Assembly (NCBI GenBank): GCA_963708185.1
Contig: OY970195.1
Span: 832,001 to 896,000, forward strand
Reading direction: 5' to 3'
Length of the DNA stretch: 64,000 nucleotides
DNA from: Candidatus Peregrinibacteria bacterium
GTDB taxonomy: Bacteria > Patescibacteriota > Gracilibacteria > UBA1369
Part shown: positions 61,163 to 64,000 of the stretch, piece by piece
Layout of the letters: every line of letters starts with the position of its first letter
Numbering within the stretch: position 1 is the first letter of the stretch
Made by a program: the position numbers and the translations under genes
Notes under the pieces: generated by a model
Told to the model about the DNA's origin: nothing
Seen by the model: the letters and a program-made list of their open reading frames with translations, nothing else
Database searches by the model: none

Positions 61163-62698
61163 ATGATCAAACGCGCGATTCTGAGTGTCACGGACAAGAC
61201 GGGGATTGTTGAATTCGCCAAAAAACTGGCGGACAAAGGGATCGAAATTCTTTCCACCGGGGGAACGGCCAAAGTTTTACAGGAAGGCGGCGTCAACGTG
61301 GTGGAAGTTTCGGATTATACCGGTTTTCCTGAAATGATGGACGGACGGGTCAAAACGCTCCACCCAAAAATACATGGGGGCTTATTGGCCGTACGAAGCA
61401 ACAAAGACCATATGGCCGCCCTGGAAAAAATGGGGGCCGGGACCATCGACATGGTGGTGGTGAACCTGTACCAGTTTGAAGAGACCGTTGAAAAAGAGGG
61501 CGTGAGCGAGGCCGAGGCTATTGAGAACATCGACATCGGCGGCCCGAGCATGATCCGCTCGGGCGCGAAAAATTTCGCGTCCGTCACGGTGGTGGTGGAC
61601 CCCGACGATTATGACAGAGTGTGGAAGGAGATCGAAGCCGATGGAGACACAAAACCTGAAACCCGCAAACACCTTGCCTGGAAGGCTTTCAACAGGACCT
61701 ACAAATACGACGAGGCGATCGAACATTACTTCCGTAAAATCCTTGGCGAGGCCGAGCTCATGGACCTGCACTATGAGAAAGTCATGAGCCTGCGTTACGG
61801 TGAAAACCCGCATCAGAAAGCGGCATTTTTCCGCAATCCCGAAAACCATGACGCCAACATCACCAACGCCAAAGTCCTTCACGGCAAACAGCTCTCGTTC
61901 AATAACATCGTTGACGGGGATTCGGCGCTGGAACTGGTCAAGGAGTTCAAACGCCCCACCGTGACGATCATCAAACACAATAACCCCTGCGGCGTGGCTT
62001 CGGCCGATACGATCGAGGAAGCCATGGAAAAAGCCTATCAGGTGGATTCGATGTCGGCATTCGGTGGAGTGATGGCCTGCAACCGTCCGGTGACCAAAGC
62101 CATGGTGGACTCCATCAACAAAAAAAAGTGGTTCCTTGAGATCATCATTGCTCCGAAGTTCGAGGAAGATGCCCTCCAACAGCTTATGAAGAAGCCAAAT
62201 TTGAGGCTTCTGGAAACGGGCCCGCTCAAACTGGACGTCAACCGCCGCGATATCAAAAAAGTTGCCGGCGGCATTCTCATCCAGAGCGAAGACACGTATG
62301 AGGTGACAGAAAAAGACATCAACGTCGTGAGCAAAAAACAGCCGACTCAGGAACAGATCCAGGCTATGCTCTTTGCCACGAAAGTCTGCAAACGCGTGAA
62401 ATCCAACGCCATTATTCTGGCCAAAGGAGAAGAAGTCATGGGCATCGGAGCGGGGCAGATGTCGCGCGTGGATGCGGTGCATCTGGCCTGCTATAAAGCA
62501 GGAGACCGCGCCAAGGGAAGCGTGATGGCTTCGGATGCGTTCTTTCCTTTTGCCGACGGCATCGAAATGGCCGCAGAAAACGGTGTGGTTGCGGTTATTT
62601 CACCCGGCGGATCGATCCGCGACGAAGAGGTCATCAAGCGTGCCGATGAACTCGGCCTGGTGATGGTCTTCACCCGGGTGCGTCTTTTCAGACACTAA
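61163..62698 (+). CDS. purH: Bifunctional AICAR transformylase/IMP cyclohydrolase
   Basis: [38 protein letters not shown]. Confidence 0.99.
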   Translation: MIKRAILSVTDKTGIVEFAKKLADKGIEILSTGGTAKVLQEGGVNVVEVSDYTGFPEMMDGRVKTLHPKIHGGLLAVRSNKDHMAALEKMGAGTIDMVVVNLYQFEETVEKEGVSEAEAIENIDIGGPSMIRSGAKNFASVTVVVDPDDYDRVWKEIEADGDTKPETRKHLAWKAFNRTYKYDEAIEHYFRKILGEAELMDLHYEKVMSLRYGENPHQKAAFFRNPENHDANITNAKVLHGKQLSFNNIVDGDSALELVKEFKRPTVTIIKHNNPCGVASADTIEEAMEKAYQVDSMSAFGGVMACNRPVTKAMVDSINKKKWFLEIIIAPKFEEDALQQLMKKPNLRLLETGPLKLDVNRRDIKKVAGGILIQSEDTYEVTEKDINVVSKKQPTQEQIQAMLFATKVCKRVKSNAIILAKGEEVMGIGAGQMSRVDAVHLACYKAGDRAKGSVMASDAFFPFADGIEMAAENGVVAVISPGGSIRDEEVIKRADELGLVMVFTRVRLFRH

Positions 62699-62702
62699 AA
62701 TG

Positions 62703-63749
62703 TTATTGCCAGGAGACGTTGGTGTCGTCGAACGGCGTTTTGAAGGTGACGAAAATGAGCGGGTGGGTTTTATCGTTGGAGTTCTGAAACGCTTCCGCGA
62801 CGCCGGCCGGAATGATAACCACCGATCCGTCGGTGACGTCCTGTTTCTTGTCGCCGATGGTAAAGACGCCTTTTCCTGAAATGACGAAAATGATCTGGGT
62901 GGTGTTTTCGTAGGTATGGAGGCCGATATTTCCCTTGAGTTTATAGAGTTCGAGACTACCGTTGTTGTTTCTCTGCAGCGTGCTGTCTTCAAAGTTCCCC
63001 TTGATGTCGTCGAGACCGGCTGCCAGGAGTTTGGTCGTATCGTACGAGCCGAAGGTGAATCCGTTCTTGTCGGCAGGATTTGCGGGAGGTGCCGGTTCAG
63101 CCGGTGGCGTTGTCGCGGTCTGGTCGGCCGTGGACGCGGTGTTTGTCGTTGTCGTCGTGGTCCCGGTGGCCACAGGCGTGTTCATGACCGTAACGATGGG
63201 GTTCCCTGTTGGCAGGTTGATCTTTCCCGGATCCCATAACAGATAGACCTTGCTGTAATCGCTGGAAAGGCTCTGTGCCACATTGTTGAACTGTTCGGAA
63301 TCGAGGTCGGGCATCGCCGTCATCGTTGCCGACATAAGATCTTTCGTCGGCATCCATAATTTTTTCTCATCGGCGGTGAAGGTGTTGTACATTTCAGGTC
63401 CGACGATTGTTTCCACGCCGACAAGCCTTGAATCTCCTTCGTTGCCGTCATACAGCTGGCACTGGGTCATGTTGCCGACCACGCTTTTGCAGTATTTGTT
63501 GACTGTCATATCGGCGTTGCCGGGGAAAAGCTTTTTGGAAGTCATGTGGAGCGTCCAGCCTTCGGAAGGGACAAGTGCGGTCTGCTCCTGGGTCTGCTGT
63601 TCCGTTTGGGTCATGGCCGTGTCGGCATTTTCATCGGTTGCCGGAGCCGGGCTTCCTCCGCATCCTGAAAGCAACAGTGCCGTTGCGCAAACCGAAGCGA
63701 GAAGGATTTTCGGGGTGTGTTTTTTTTGCAGAAGCGTAAAAATTTTCAT
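62703..63749 (-). CDS. Lipoprotein, DUF1264-like domain fused to a cupin domain
   Basis: Lipobox LSGC; YC...QCQLYD...RLVGVE...EKKLW; cupin pattern IIFVISGKG...IIPAGV. Confidence 0.75.
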   Translation of the reverse strand: MKIFTLLQKKHTPKILLASVCATALLLSGCGGSPAPATDENADTAMTQTEQQTQEQTALVPSEGWTLHMTSKKLFPGNADMTVNKYCKSVVGNMTQCQLYDGNEGDSRLVGVETIVGPEMYNTFTADEKKLWMPTKDLMSATMTAMPDLDSEQFNNVAQSLSSDYSKVYLLWDPGKINLPTGNPIVTVMNTPVATGTTTTTTNTASTADQTATTPPAEPAPPANPADKNGFTFGSYDTTKLLAAGLDDIKGNFEDSTLQRNNNGSLELYKLKGNIGLHTYENTTQIIFVISGKGVFTIGDKKQDVTDGSVVIIPAGVAEAFQNSNDKTHPLIFVTFKTPFDDTNVSWQ

Positions 63750-63807
63750 GGCATTCAAGGGTTTAGAAGAGTACAATCGTTGGGCATTATAACCTCATGA
63801 TTTTGCT

Positions 63808-64000
63808 ATGTCAGTACAGGAAGCCTTGATTTTGGGAGTGATCCAGGGTTTAACAGAATTTCTGCCCGTTTCTTCATCGGGACATTTGGTCTTGGCAGAG
63901 TCACTCATGAAGCTTCCGGTGGAAAACCTGAAAAGCTTTGACATTGCCACGCACGTCGGGACGCTTTTAGCTTTGCTTGTGTATTTCTGGAAGGACATCT
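63808..64000 (+). CDS. uppP: Undecaprenyl-diphosphate phosphatase, 3' truncated
   Basis: My translation: MSVQEALILGVIQGLTEFLPVSSSGHL...HVGTLLA (not in the ORF track). Confidence 0.95.
   Translation, partial: MSVQEALILGVIQGLTEFLPVSSSGHLVLAESLMKLPVENLKSFDIATHVGTLLALLVYFWKDI

Overview
Bacterial chromosomal window read in genetic code 11 (TGA ends atpF and atpH at normal lengths). Gene content points to a Patescibacteria/CPR genome, most like Peregrinibacteria; this is an inference from a VirB6/TrbL-like membrane protein, a DUF5673-like protein, many SLH proteins, few Shine-Dalgarno sites and purine genes. Housekeeping genes are uvrA, prsW-like, recF, thrS, the full atpBEFHAGDC operon, purL, rpsF-ssb-rpsR, yidD, purH and partial uppP. 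Three uncharacterised envelope loci sit between them. (1) 1-12713: a >2790-aa FG-GAP/Pro-rich/Ca-repeat/SLH protein followed by four secreted Cys-terminated helical proteins, three sharing a C-terminal motif. (2) 26357-36880: three signal-peptide fibre-like paralogues with shared modules, two SLH paralogues and a divergent O-antigen-ligase-family gene. (3) 43775-54278: a VirB6-like gene among large orphan proteins. Several structured intergenic elements are candidate ncRNAs or switches (23900-24050, 24553-24843, 39313-39391, palindromes in the atp operon). I found no rRNA, tRNA, CRISPR array, transposase or integrase. Family calls come from motif recognition by eye, not from database searches.
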